From: Bacilli bacterium
Lineage (GTDB): Bacteria; Bacillota_I; Bacilli_A; RF39; UBA660
Direction: 5' to 3'
DNA length: 64,000 nt
Assembly: GCA_045627525.1 (NCBI GenBank)
Contig: JAZQNW010000001.1
Coordinates: 186,395 to 250,394 of the forward strand
The notes under the pieces were generated by a model. That model saw only the letters and a list, made by a program, of their open reading frames with translations. It searched no databases and had not been told where the DNA came from. Of this stretch, positions 28,116 through 41,463 are shown piece by piece. The position numbers and the translations under genes are program-made. How positions within the stretch are numbered: the first letter of the stretch is position 1; the number at the start of each line of letters is the position of its first letter.

Positions 28116-30236
28116 TTATACCTTCCTAACTACTTCGAAATCAATAATTTTTTCTTCCTTTGAAGCTCTTACAACTTTTACTATCAATCTTTCACCAACT
28201 GAATAGATTACATGACTTTTTTCACCAGTTAATGTCATTCTTTCTTCATTAAAATGGAAAAAGTCAGGCATATCTCTCAAAGGAACTAAACCTTCAATTA
28301 AATTATCCAATTGTACAAACATACCAAAATTAGTTATTGTTGAAATCATACCTTCATATTCTTCTCCAATATGATCTTCCATATATTCAGCCATTTTCAT
28401 TTCTTCTACTTCTCTTTCACAATCGATAGAAGCACGTTCTCTAGATGAGGAATGTTCAGCAATATAAACTAATTTTTCTTCCCACTTTTTCATTGTAGGA
28501 GTATCGATATTATTTTCAAATAAATATGTTCTTAATAAACGATGTACTGTTGTATCAGGATAACGCCTTATTGGTGACGTAAAATGTGTATAACATGTAC
28601 TAGCCAAACCATAATGTCCTAAATTTTCTGGTTTATATACCGCTTTTTGCATACATCTAAGTAGTAAGCTTGATAATATTTTATATTCTGGTTTATCTTC
28701 TAAAGCCTTTAAAATATTTTGCATAGTAGTAGGTCTTAAATCTTTTATATCAGCATTTATAGAATACCCCAAATTACTAACAAAACTTAAGAAACTTTTA
28801 ATTCCATCTTCCTTTGGAGTTTCATGAACACGATAAATAAATGGTAAATTCATAAAATAAATATGAGTAGCAACGCATTCATTTGCCGCAATCATAAAAT
28901 CTTCTATTAAATTTTCGCCTGTTCCACGATTTCTAAGTGTAACTTCAGTAGGATGACAATTTTCATCTACTAAAATTTTAGCCTCATCTATATCAAAGTT
29001 AATATAACCTCTCTTATTTTTCATTTTACGTAATATTTGAGCAAGTTCAGCCATTAATTTTAAATCATTTTCATAAGGTTCATATCCTTCTGGAACTTCA
29101 TTTTTCTCCAAAATACTATTTACCTTTTTATAAGTCATTTGAATTCTCGATCTAATAACACTAGGGAAAATTTCATAATTTACTTGTTTTCCATTTTGAT
29201 CAAATTCCATAACACAAGAAATTGCCAAACGATCAACATTAGGATTTAATGAGCAAATACCATTAGACAATTCATGAGGTAACATCGGAATAACACGATC
29301 AACTAAATAAACACTTGTACCTCTTTCCTGAGCTTCATTATCAAGAGGTGAACCCTCTTTAACATAATAACTAACATCAGCAATATGTACACCCAATTTA
29401 TAATTACCATTAGAAAATTTTTCAATTGATATAGCATCATCAATATCTTTTGTATCATCGCCATCTATAGTAAAAATAGTTACATCTCGTAAATCTCTTC
29501 TACCTTTCATTTCTTCTGGGGAAACTTCCATAGGAATATTTTTTACTTCCTCTTTTACATCATCAGGAAACTCAGTATTTATATTATATTTATAAATTAT
29601 TGAAAGAATATCAACACCCGGATCATTTTTATGACCAATTATATCTGTAACTTTACCTTCATAACGCATATTATTATTTAACTTTTTAACCAGTTCAACT
29701 ACTACCTTATGACCATCAACTGCATTTAAAGTTTTATCTTTAGGAATTTCAATATTAAGTTTTATTTTATTATTATCTAATTTAATATGTCCTTTTCCTT
29801 TATTATCAAAGCTAATTTCACCTATATACTTTTCAACTTGACGCTTGATTACTTTCAAAACTCTACCTTCTAAACGGTCTAGAGTCATTTTACTTGTTAT
29901 TTCAACTAAAACAATATCATCATGTATAGCGCCATTAATATCTGTAGCTGACACATATATATCGTCTGGTAAATCTTCAACTTCTACAAAACCAAAACCC
30001 TTTTTATTAACACGCATTATACCTTTTCTTAAATGACTCTTATCAAGCATCATATACTTATCTTTATTAGAATGATATATAATAACTTCATCTTCCAACT
30101 TTCTAAGCTCATCACTTAAATGCTTTGTATCATTTACATTATTGATATTTAAAAGATCAGATAACTCATATAAGTCTAATGCCTTATTACTGTTTTTCAA
30201 AATATTAATAATGTCTTCTCTCATAGTATTTTGCAT
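28116..30236 (-). CDS. rnr: ribonuclease R
   Basis: RNB domain motifs (DIDDAISIE), cold-shock and S1 domains; synteny secG-rnr-smpB-ssrA. Confidence 0.9.
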   Translation of the reverse strand: MQNTMREDIINILKNSNKALDLYELSDLLNINNVNDTKHLSDELRKLEDEVIIYHSNKDKYMMLDKSHLRKGIMRVNKKGFGFVEVEDLPDDIYVSATDINGAIHDDIVLVEITSKMTLDRLEGRVLKVIKRQVEKYIGEISFDNKGKGHIKLDNNKIKLNIEIPKDKTLNAVDGHKVVVELVKKLNNNMRYEGKVTDIIGHKNDPGVDILSIIYKYNINTEFPDDVKEEVKNIPMEVSPEEMKGRRDLRDVTIFTIDGDDTKDIDDAISIEKFSNGNYKLGVHIADVSYYVKEGSPLDNEAQERGTSVYLVDRVIPMLPHELSNGICSLNPNVDRLAISCVMEFDQNGKQVNYEIFPSVIRSRIQMTYKKVNSILEKNEVPEGYEPYENDLKLMAELAQILRKMKNKRGYINFDIDEAKILVDENCHPTEVTLRNRGTGENLIEDFMIAANECVATHIYFMNLPFIYRVHETPKEDGIKSFLSFVSNLGYSINADIKDLRPTTMQNILKALEDKPEYKILSSLLLRCMQKAVYKPENLGHYGLASTCYTHFTSPIRRYPDTTVHRLLRTYLFENNIDTPTMKKWEEKLVYIAEHSSSRERASIDCEREVEEMKMAEYMEDHIGEEYEGMISTITNFGMFVQLDNLIEGLVPLRDMPDFFHFNEERMTLTGEKSHVIYSVGERLIVKVVRASKEEKIIDFEVVRKV

Positions 30237-30329
30237 AATATCACCCTTTTACCCTATAAATACATTATACTTTATTTTTTGCAATATAACTAGTACTTTT
30301 TTACAAAATAAAAAAAGGCAAAAACCTTT

Positions 30330-30545
30330 TTAAACAAACATTTCTATTAGACAAATTACAAAGAATGAAAGACCTAACAATAAAGTCAATCTACTTATAA
30401 ATAATTCTGAGCCACGTTCTTTTCTTCTTGCGAATAAGTCAGAAGAACCACCAGAAAGTATTTGAGCAGCATTTTCAGCCTTACTACTTTGTAGAAGTAC
30501 AATAACAATTAATAAAATTGATATAATTAATAATACGGTTTCCAT
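30330..30545 (-). CDS. secG: preprotein translocase subunit SecG (start moved to METVLL Met with GGAGGTG RBS)
   Basis: Two TM helices, LLQSSKAENAAQILSGGS SecG signature. Confidence 0.75.
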   Translation of the reverse strand: METVLLIISILLIVIVLLQSSKAENAAQILSGGSSDLFARRKERGSELFISRLTLLLGLSFFVICLIEMFV

Positions 30546-30606
30546 AGACACCTCCATAAATAACAACAATATAATATCATAAATCTATTATTTTAGCAAG
30601 AATTAC

Positions 30607-32031
30607 CTAATATTGAATATCCCAAACAACATGATGCTTTGCTTCTTTTCCACAACATACACATTTTTCATCTATTTTAGGAGCATCTTCTAAAATGCAT
30701 CTTGATTTGCAACCTCTTATTTCTTTTATTTTTAATTCACAATCTACATCACCACACCACATAGCGTGAATAAATCCTGGTTGAGTATTTAATATTTTTT
30801 CCATATCTTCTAGATTATGAGCCTCAAATGTAAATTTATCTCTACGTTCTTTTGCTTTTTTATACATATCATTTTGAATTGTTTCCAACAATTCTTTAAC
30901 ATAAAGAACAACATCAATATCATTACTCTCTACTATCTTTTCACGAGTATCACGTCTAGCAAAAGTGATTTTACCATCATTTAAATCTCTTTCACCTAAT
31001 TCTATACGAACAGGTATTCCATTAACTTCCGCTTCTGCAAATTTAAATCCTGGGGATTTTTCACTATTATCAATATAAGCAACAATACCATTTGCTAATA
31101 ATTTTTCTTTATATTGTTTAGCTAATTCAACAACCTTATCATTTTTTCCTATTGGAATAATAACTACTTGCTTTGGTGCAATTCTAGGTGGTAATACTAA
31201 TCCATAATCATCACTATGAACCATAATTAAACCACCAATCATACGAGTAGTAGTACCCCAAGAAGTTTGATAAACATATTCTTCTTTATTTTCCTTATTT
31301 AAAAATTTAACATCATAAGCCTTAGCAAATTTTTGACCAAAATAATGACTAGTACCAGCTTGTAAAGCAACACCATTATACATCATAGCTTCATTTGTCA
31401 AAGTATATTCAGCTCCAGAAAATTTTTCTTTTTCAGTTTTTTTACCAACTATAGATGGAATAGCTAATATCTCATTATGAAACCACTTATAAACTTCCAT
31501 CATTCTATCAGTTTCCTCAATAGCTTCTTTTTCAGTAGCATGTAAAGTATGACCTTCTTGCCATAAAAATTCACGACTTCTTAAAAATGGCCTTGTTTCT
31601 TTTTCCCATCTCAAAACATTGCACCATTGATTATAAAGCATTGGCAAATCACGATAAGATTTAACATGTTTTGAATAATAATCACAAAATAGTGTTTCAC
31701 TAGTTGGTCTAATAGCAAATCTTTCTTCTAAATTTTTTGATCCCCCTTCAGTAACCCAAGCTACTTCAGGTGCAAAGCCTTCTACTAAATCTGATTCTTT
31801 TTTTAATAAATTTTCAGGAATTAAAAGTGGCATTTGACAATTAACATGTCCCAACTCCTTAAACTTTTTATCTAAAATTTCCTGCATTTTTTCCCAAATA
31901 GCATAACCATTTGGTTCTATTGCTATACATCCCTTAACTGATGTATAATCAGCTAATTTAGCAGCTCTAACAACATCAGTATACCATTTAGCAAAGTCAA
32001 CATCTCTACTAGTAATTGCTTCATTTTTCAT
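30607..32031 (-). CDS. proS: prolyl-tRNA synthetase, archaeal/eukaryotic-type with C-terminal zinc domain (start moved to MKNEAIT; ORF-track N-terminus runs into T-box)
   Basis: Class II motifs, C-terminal CxxC...CVCCGK; GGAGG RBS 6 nt before 32031 ATG. Confidence 0.9.
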   Translation of the reverse strand: MKNEAITSRDVDFAKWYTDVVRAAKLADYTSVKGCIAIEPNGYAIWEKMQEILDKKFKELGHVNCQMPLLIPENLLKKESDLVEGFAPEVAWVTEGGSKNLEERFAIRPTSETLFCDYYSKHVKSYRDLPMLYNQWCNVLRWEKETRPFLRSREFLWQEGHTLHATEKEAIEETDRMMEVYKWFHNEILAIPSIVGKKTEKEKFSGAEYTLTNEAMMYNGVALQAGTSHYFGQKFAKAYDVKFLNKENKEEYVYQTSWGTTTRMIGGLIMVHSDDYGLVLPPRIAPKQVVIIPIGKNDKVVELAKQYKEKLLANGIVAYIDNSEKSPGFKFAEAEVNGIPVRIELGERDLNDGKITFARRDTREKIVESNDIDVVLYVKELLETIQNDMYKKAKERRDKFTFEAHNLEDMEKILNTQPGFIHAMWCGDVDCELKIKEIRGCKSRCILEDAPKIDEKCVCCGKEAKHHVVWDIQY

Positions 32032-32034
32032 AAT

Positions 32035-32283
32035 TAACCTCCAAACAAAAAGAATGATACCAAAGGAGTGCAAAAGCACGGTACCATCCTTAATTTTACT
32101 CTTTTTTTTAACGATGTAACCACCGGAAGATAAACTTCTCTAAGAAAGGTAGGAATTATATTAGATTAAGATTGGTTTTTCACTATCACCAACTCACTAA
32201 ACATAAGAGCTAATATAATTATGGTCTTTCAATTGATTTAATATGAAAGTATAATATTATAAATTTAGAATTTTGTCAATAAA
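32035..32283 (-). promoter_or_regulatory. proS promoter (TTGACA-17-TATTAT at 32251-32279) and T-box leader (Pro)
   Basis: Minus strand AAGGAUGGUACCGUGC T-box motif (32077-32092) with adjacent terminator-like hairpin; candidate specifier A-CCA-A; canonical promoter directly after eno stop. Confidence 0.55.
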
Positions 32284-34846
<2,563 letters not shown>

Positions 34847-34970
34847 ATTATCACCAATATAATTATACTACTAAATATGATATTTAACCACAGAAAATAT
34901 TATAGTAATATTGAAAGAAAATTTAAAAATATGTTATAATAATAAAAAAATATAGAAAGGAGCTAGAAAC

Positions 34971-36212
34971 ATGAAAATAGTTACACTAAACGCTAATCAA
35001 TTTGATAGATATACAAGTAATCATAAATATCGAAATTTTTATCAAACATCTGCATATGCAAATACTATGAAAAAATTTGGTTACAATATACACTATTTAG
35101 GATTTGTTGATGAAAGAAACTCACTTATTGGAGCAACACTAATTATGTACAAAACTATTTTTATGAGCTATAAAATAGCATATGCTCCACATGGAATTCT
35201 ATTTGATTATGATGATAAAATTGAAACAAAAAAAATGGCCGAAAAATTAAAACAACTACTTAATAAGCAAGGATTCATGCTATTAAGAATGGATCCGTAT
35301 ATTCCAATAAGTGTAAGAAATAATGAAGGTGCCATTATTAATTTAAATAGACAAGAAGAAGAAATATTAAAAAATTTAAAAGAAGCATCGTTTAAATACA
35401 AAGGAAAAAATTTATATTTTGAAAATGAAAAACCAAGATGGGAAGCATTAGTTCTATTAAATAAGGATCAGCAATCCCTATTTGATAGTTTTGATAAAAG
35501 AACTAGAAATAAAATAAGAAAAGCAGCAGCTACAGGAATTGAAATTAGTATTGACCCTAATAACGATGTAACTGATTTATATGAATTTATTAAAAGAAAA
35601 GAAAAATATCCAATTAAATATTATGAACAACTATGTCAAAACTATGGTAACAATATAAACATTTATTATGCAAAGATAAATACCGAAACGTTTATCATAA
35701 ATAGCCGAGAAACCTATGAAAGAGAAATGCAAAATAATGAACAATTATCAGAACAAATACAAAGCAGTAATCAAGATGCTATAGATAATGATTTGATTTT
35801 AAATAAAAAAATAGAATCTGACAAATTACTTGAAGTATATAAAAATAACATGTTAACCGCAACTGAATTAATAAAAAGTTATCCAAATGGAATACCAATC
35901 GGTGGAGCAATTGTTATTAACTATGATAATGCTGCATTCATCCTTTGTGAAGGTATTGATGAAAAATATTCATCTTTAAATGCAAACTATTTATTAAAAT
36001 GGCAATTAATTTGCAATTGCTTAAGTAAAGGATATAAATATGTAAATTTAGGTGGTATAGTTGGAGAATTTGAAAAAGAAAATAAATATAGTGGATTAAA
36101 CGAAATGAAATTAGGATTTAATTCATTAGTAACTGAGTATATAGGTGAATTTGATATTATCTTAAATAATTTTGCTTATAATTTATATAAAAGTTTTAAT
36201 AAAGGCGAGTAA
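34971..36212 (+). CDS. FemAB-family peptidoglycan interpeptide-bridge aminoacyltransferase
   Basis: Full-length FemAB architecture with coiled-coil insert; 413 aa. Confidence 0.8.
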   Translation: MKIVTLNANQFDRYTSNHKYRNFYQTSAYANTMKKFGYNIHYLGFVDERNSLIGATLIMYKTIFMSYKIAYAPHGILFDYDDKIETKKMAEKLKQLLNKQGFMLLRMDPYIPISVRNNEGAIINLNRQEEEILKNLKEASFKYKGKNLYFENEKPRWEALVLLNKDQQSLFDSFDKRTRNKIRKAAATGIEISIDPNNDVTDLYEFIKRKEKYPIKYYEQLCQNYGNNINIYYAKINTETFIINSRETYEREMQNNEQLSEQIQSSNQDAIDNDLILNKKIESDKLLEVYKNNMLTATELIKSYPNGIPIGGAIVINYDNAAFILCEGIDEKYSSLNANYLLKWQLICNCLSKGYKYVNLGGIVGEFEKENKYSGLNEMKLGFNSLVTEYIGEFDIILNNFAYNLYKSFNKGE

Positions 36213-36224
36213 TCGTCTTTTTAT

Positions 36225-36259
36225 ATAAAAAAAGAATCAAATTAATGATTCTTTTTTTA
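36225..36259. terminator. bidirectional intrinsic terminator between femAB-like gene and tuf
   Basis: A8-AGAATCA-aattaa-TGATTCT-T7. Confidence 0.55.
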
Positions 36260-36264
36260 TTATA

Positions 36265-37449
36265 TTATTCAATAATTTCAGTAACGTTACCAGCACCAAC
36301 AGTACGTCCACCTTCACGGATAGAGAATTTTGTACCTTGTTCAAGTGCAATTGGATGAATTAATTCAACTTCAATATTAACGTTATCACCTGGCATTACC
36401 ATTTCAACACCTTCTGGTAAAGTAATAACACCAGTTACATCTGTAGTTCTAAAGTAGAATTGTGGACGATAATTTGCAAAGAATGGTGTATGACGTCCTC
36501 CTTCTTCTTTACTTAATACATATACAGAAGCTTTGAATTTATGATGTGGAGTAACTGATCCTGGTTTAGCAAGAACTTGTCCTCTTTCAACTTCTTCACG
36601 AGAAATACCACGTAATAATACACCAGCATTATCTCCAGCTTCAGCATAGTCTAATTGTTTACGGAACATTTCAATTCCTGTAACAACTGTCTTTTTAGTT
36701 TCTTTAATACCAACGATTTCAACTTCATCGTTAAGTTTTAATTGTCCACGTTCAACACGACCAGTAACAACTGTACCACGTCCTGTGATTGTGAATACAT
36801 CTTCGATACTCATTAAGAATGGTTTTTCATTATCTCTTTCTGGAGTTGGAATCCATTCATCAACAGCATCCATAAGTTCTTCAATTTTCTTAGTCCATTC
36901 TGCATCACCTTCAAGAGCTTTTAAAGCAGAACCTCTAATAATTGGAGTATCGTCACCTTCATAACCATATTCGTTTAATAAGTCACGAATTTCCATTTCA
37001 ACTAAGTCTAATAATTCTTCATCGTCAACCATATCACATTTGTTTAAGAAAACAACCATTTTTGGTACTCCAACTTGACGAGCAAGTAAGATATGTTCAC
37101 GAGTTTGAGCCATTGGACCATCAGTTGCAGCAATAACTAAGATTGCACCATCCATTTGAGCTGCACCAGTAATCATATTTTTTACATAGTCAGCATGTCC
37201 TGGACAGTCAACGTGTGCATAATGTCTCTTATCAGTACTATATTCAACATGTGCAGTATTAATAGTAATACCACGTTCTCTTTCTTCAGGTGCTTTATCG
37301 ATATTAGCGAATTCAACAGCTTGGTTACCGTTTTTACCAGCTAATACTTTAGTAATAGCAGCAGTTGTTGTTGTTTTACCATGATCTACGTGTCCAATTG
37401 TACCAATGTTAACATGTGGTTTTGAACGATCAAATTTTTCTTTTGCCAT
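36265..37449 (-). CDS. tuf: elongation factor Tu
   Basis: [18 protein letters not shown] GTPase motifs; 394 aa. Confidence 0.97.
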   Translation of the reverse strand: MAKEKFDRSKPHVNIGTIGHVDHGKTTTTAAITKVLAGKNGNQAVEFANIDKAPEERERGITINTAHVEYSTDKRHYAHVDCPGHADYVKNMITGAAQMDGAILVIAATDGPMAQTREHILLARQVGVPKMVVFLNKCDMVDDEELLDLVEMEIRDLLNEYGYEGDDTPIIRGSALKALEGDAEWTKKIEELMDAVDEWIPTPERDNEKPFLMSIEDVFTITGRGTVVTGRVERGQLKLNDEVEIVGIKETKKTVVTGIEMFRKQLDYAEAGDNAGVLLRGISREEVERGQVLAKPGSVTPHHKFKASVYVLSKEEGGRHTPFFANYRPQFYFRTTDVTGVITLPEGVEMVMPGDNVNIEVELIHPIALEQGTKFSIREGGRTVGAGNVTEIIE

Positions 37450-37531
37450 TTTATTTTTCCTCCTTTTTCATATACAACATATATTTTATCTAATAATTGA
37501 AAGTTTTTCAACTATTTTGATACTAATTTAA

Positions 37532-39601
37532 TTAATTTCCACTTTTCTTAATAATTTCTTCAGAAATATTTTTAGGTACTTCTTCATAATGATCTGGGAA
37601 CATTACGAATGTTGCTCTACCTTGTGTATTAGAACGTAAGTTAGTAGCATAACCAAACATTTCTGAAAGTGGAACCATAGCACTAAGCTTAATAGCATTA
37701 CCTTGAGCTTCTTGTCCAAGTGGTTTACCACGACGAGAAGTTAAATCACCCATTACATTACCAAAATATTCTTCTGGTGTTGTAACATCTACTTTCATAA
37801 TTGGTTCTAGTAATACTGGTTTACATTTATTTTTAGCTTCCTTTAATGCAAAGCTTGCTGCAATCTTGAAAGCCATTTCGTTAGAGTCTACATCATGGTA
37901 TGAACCATCAAATAATGTACACTTAACATCTATCATAGGATATCCTGCAAGTACACCTGTTTGTAAAGCTTCTTGTAATCCTTTATCAACTACTGGTATA
38001 TATTCACGAGGAACAACACCACCAACGATTTGATCAACAAATTCATATCCTTTATCAGGATTTGGTTCAAATTTAACCCAAACATGTCCATATTGTCCAC
38101 GTCCACCTGATTGTTTAATATACTTACCTTCACAATCAGCAGATTGCTTAATTGTTTCACGATAAGCAACTTGTGGAGCACCAACATTTGCTTCAACATG
38201 GAATTCACGTTTCATACGATCAACTAATACATCAAGATGTAACTCACCCATACCAGCGATTACAGTTTGACCAGTTTCATGATCAGTATGAACTTTAAAT
38301 GTTGGATCCTCTTCAGCTAATTTTTGTAAAGCTAATGCCATTTTATCTTGATCATTTTTAGATTTAGGTTCAACAGCTAATTGAATAACTGGTTCTGGAA
38401 CAACTAAACTTTCAAGAATAATAGCTTTCTTTTCATCACATAGAGTATCACCAGTACTAGTATTCTTAAGACCTACTGCAGCAGCAATATCTCCAGTATA
38501 TACGTCTGTAATTTCTTTACGATTATTAGCATGCATTTGTAAAATACGTCCAATTCTTTCCTTTGCATCTTTACTTGAGTTAAGTACATAACTACCACTG
38601 CTTAAATGTCCAGAATAAACACGGAAGAATGTTAAACGTCCAACAAATGGATCAGTCATAACTTTAAAAGCTAATGCACTAAAAGGTTCATTATCACTTG
38701 GTTTACGTGTTACTTCATTACCATCTAAATCAGTTCCTTGAACTGAGTCTATGTCTAAAGGACTTGGTAAATAATCAATAACAGCATCAAGTAATAATTT
38801 AACACCCTTATTACCTAAAGCAGTTCCACACATAACAGGGAAAAATTCTGCTTTTAATGTACCTGTTCTAATGGCACGTTTAATCATTTCTTCAGTAACT
38901 TCGCCACCATCAAGATAAGTCATCATCATTTCATCATCAAATTCAGCAACTGCATCAATTAATTCATTTCTCTTTTCAGCAGCAACATCTTTTAAATCAG
39001 CAGGAATTTCAATTTCTTGAGCATTTTCTGCTTGTTGACCATCATAATGATAAGCTTTCATAGTAACTAAATCAATTACACCATCAAAGTCAGATTCAGC
39101 ACCAATTGGCCATTCTATAGGTTTAGCATTTACTCCTAAACGATCTTTTATAGTCTTTAAACTATATTCAAAATTTGCTCCCATTTTGTCCATCTTATTA
39201 GCAAAAATAATTCTTGGAACTTTAAATTCAGAAGCTTGTCTCCAAACTGTTTCAGTTTGTGGTTCAACTCCTGCTTGAGCATCTATAAGCGCAACTGCAC
39301 CATCTAATACACGTAGAGATCTAGAAACTTCAATTGTAAAATCTACGTGTCCAGGAGTATCAATTATATTTAAACGATGATCTCTCCAATGAGCTGTTGT
39401 AGCTGCAGAAGTAATTGTAATACCACGTTCTTGTTCTTGCTCCATCCAGTCCATTTGAGATTCACCATCATGAGTCTCTCCAATTTTATGAGTAACTCCG
39501 GTATGGAATAAAATTCTTTCAGTACAAGTAGTTTTACCTGCATCGATATGAGCCATTATTCCTATATTTCTTGTCTTTTCTAAAGACGTATCTCTTGCCA
39601 T
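37532..39601 (-). CDS. fusA: elongation factor G
   Basis: [17 protein letters not shown] motifs; 689 aa. Confidence 0.97.
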   Translation of the reverse strand: MARDTSLEKTRNIGIMAHIDAGKTTCTERILFHTGVTHKIGETHDGESQMDWMEQEQERGITITSAATTAHWRDHRLNIIDTPGHVDFTIEVSRSLRVLDGAVALIDAQAGVEPQTETVWRQASEFKVPRIIFANKMDKMGANFEYSLKTIKDRLGVNAKPIEWPIGAESDFDGVIDLVTMKAYHYDGQQAENAQEIEIPADLKDVAAEKRNELIDAVAEFDDEMMMTYLDGGEVTEEMIKRAIRTGTLKAEFFPVMCGTALGNKGVKLLLDAVIDYLPSPLDIDSVQGTDLDGNEVTRKPSDNEPFSALAFKVMTDPFVGRLTFFRVYSGHLSSGSYVLNSSKDAKERIGRILQMHANNRKEITDVYTGDIAAAVGLKNTSTGDTLCDEKKAIILESLVVPEPVIQLAVEPKSKNDQDKMALALQKLAEEDPTFKVHTDHETGQTVIAGMGELHLDVLVDRMKREFHVEANVGAPQVAYRETIKQSADCEGKYIKQSGGRGQYGHVWVKFEPNPDKGYEFVDQIVGGVVPREYIPVVDKGLQEALQTGVLAGYPMIDVKCTLFDGSYHDVDSNEMAFKIAASFALKEAKNKCKPVLLEPIMKVDVTTPEEYFGNVMGDLTSRRGKPLGQEAQGNAIKLSAMVPLSEMFGYATNLRSNTQGRATFVMFPDHYEEVPKNISEEIIKKSGN

Positions 39602-39614
39602 AATTTACCCCTTT

Positions 39615-40082
39615 CTACCATCTATAATGTGCAAAAGCTTTATTAGCTTCAGCCATTCTATGAGTATCTTCACGTTTTTTAACTGATGCTCCAGTACCAT
39701 TTGATGCATCAATTATTTCATTAGCTAAATTATCAGCCATTCCTTTTCCACCACGTTCACGAGAATATTTAGTTAACCATCTAAGTGCTAAAGCTTGACT
39801 TCTCGCAGGTGTAACTTCAACTGGTACTTGATAGTTAGAACCACCAACACGACGACTCTTAACTTCAAGTTGTGGTTTAATGTTTTCCATAGCAGCATTA
39901 AATGTTTCTAATGGATCTTTACCACTTTTAGTCTTTACTATTTCAAATGCTTCATAAACTATTGATTGAGCTGTTCCTTTTTTACCATCTAACATAATAG
40001 TATTGATTAGTTTAGCAACTATTTTTGACTTATATATTGGATCTGGTAAAATGTCTCTCTTCACTGCACGTCTCTTACGCAT
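39615..40082 (-). CDS. rpsG: 30S ribosomal protein S7
   Basis: Conserved S7 sequence, str operon position. Confidence 0.95.
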   Translation of the reverse strand: MRKRRAVKRDILPDPIYKSKIVAKLINTIMLDGKKGTAQSIVYEAFEIVKTKSGKDPLETFNAAMENIKPQLEVKSRRVGGSNYQVPVEVTPARSQALALRWLTKYSRERGGKGMADNLANEIIDASNGTGASVKKREDTHRMAEANKAFAHYRW

Positions 40083-40116
40083 TTTAATTTCCTCCCTTCA
40101 TTATTTAACAATTTAA

Positions 40117-40536
40117 TTATTTATTATCTTTTGGTTTTTTAGCACCGTATTTACTACGTCCTTGCTTGCGATCTTTAACACCAGCAGTATCTAAGGTACC
40201 ACGAATAATATGATAACGAACACCGATTAAGTCTTTAACACGTCCACCACGAATTAAAACAACACTATGTTCTTGTAAATTGTGTCCAATTCCAGGTATG
40301 TATGTATCAACTTCCTTACCATTTGATAAACGTACACGAGCATACTTACGTAATGCTGAGTTTGGTTTCTTTGGTGTTTTTGTACCAACACGAGTACAAA
40401 CTCCACGTTTTTGAGGTGAACTAACACTAGTAGTTTTCTTTTGAATAGTATTAATTCCAACTCCAAGAACTGGTGCTTTACTCTTCTTTACCTTATCTTT
40501 ACGATTTTTATGAACTAATTGGTTAATAGTAGGCAT
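40117..40536 (-). CDS. rpsL: 30S ribosomal protein S12
   Basis: [18 protein letters not shown]12 signatures. Confidence 0.95.
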   Translation of the reverse strand: MPTINQLVHKNRKDKVKKSKAPVLGVGINTIQKKTTSVSSPQKRGVCTRVGTKTPKKPNSALRKYARVRLSNGKEVDTYIPGIGHNLQEHSVVLIRGGRVKDLIGVRYHIIRGTLDTAGVKDRKQGRSKYGAKKPKDNK

Positions 40537-40697
40537 AAAATATATCTCCTTTCTTTACACATATCCAGGTGTATCATTTTACCCCTTAAATAAAACTTTG
40601 CCTAAAAGCAAAGCTATTTAATCAGCAGATATAATATAACACTTTAATAAATTAAAGTCAATATCTTATTAAAGATTATTCAAAAAAAGAAAAAAAG

Positions 40698-41432
40698 TTA
40701 CCTTTTTTTCATTTCTTTATTAGCATAATAATCAACAAATGTTAATCCTATAACAAGTATAGAAACAAATATCACTATAACAATTATAAAAGCAGGTGAC
40801 CAAAGAAGTAATTTTACTAAATCTTGAGGAACATTAATTACAAAAATATAAATAAAAATATAAATAGATGCTAACACACACATCATTGCAAATACATTAG
40901 TTAAACACATTTCACCAACAGATACTTTTCTAGAAACATAAAAATCTTCAGTTAATATTCCTTCTTTTACTTTAGCAAAAGCATGCCACTTATAATCAGA
41001 ACTAATACCTAAAATAGGAATAACAATATATGGAAAAAATGTTAATAAAGCAGTCATCGTTTTTCCACATTTAAATTTTCGACAAATATAATAATTAGCT
41101 TTTAATGAAAACATTAAATAATAAATTACAGAAAATAATGAGAAAAAAATACAAATACCCAAAAGTTCTCTAGATTGACTATATTGAAATCCAAATATAA
41201 TAAAAACAATAAAAGAAACTATTGGAGCCGCAGCCAAGATTGGATTAACTTTACCCTTTTTAAAATATAAACATTCACTATAAATAGGAATTAATCCTTT
41301 CCACCCAGCAATATGCATTTTTTCAAACAATAAATACTTACCATATAAAAATACTATAATAAATAGAAAAACAAAAAAAATTAATAAACTATTCACACTA
41401 CAACAACTCCTATTATTAATATTATAAACCAA
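40698..41432 (-). CDS. hypothetical polytopic membrane protein inserted between rpoC and rpsL
   Basis: 244 aa, ~6 hydrophobic helices, Cys-rich N-terminus; only 31 nt after rpoC stop. Confidence 0.5.
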   Translation of the reverse strand: MVYNINNRSCCSVNSLLIFFVFLFIIVFLYGKYLLFEKMHIAGWKGLIPIYSECLYFKKGKVNPILAAAPIVSFIVFIIFGFQYSQSRELLGICIFFSLFSVIYYLMFSLKANYYICRKFKCGKTMTALLTFFPYIVIPILGISSDYKWHAFAKVKEGILTEDFYVSRKVSVGEMCLTNVFAMMCVLASIYIFIYIFVINVPQDLVKLLLWSPAFIIVIVIFVSILVIGLTFVDYYANKEMKKR

Positions 41433-41463
41433 ATTTAAAAGAAAAAAAAGAGTAAGATTACTC

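Noticed and set aside
30607-32079. ORF-track N-terminal extensions (proS to 32079, cysS to 56892, nusG to 52618, rplJ to 50583, mrnC to 55416, secG to 30569, methyltransferase to 49476, DUF378 to 23076, NlpC/P60 to 24121)
   Set aside because: Extensions run into T-box/leader/RBS sequence; internal Met preceded by a good Shine-Dalgarno matches the conserved protein N-terminus, so starts were trimmed
36942-38208. Short ORFs inside tuf/fusA (36942-37136, 37156-37344, 37990-38208)
   Set aside because: Antisense/out-of-frame shadow ORFs in EF-Tu/EF-G coding sequence
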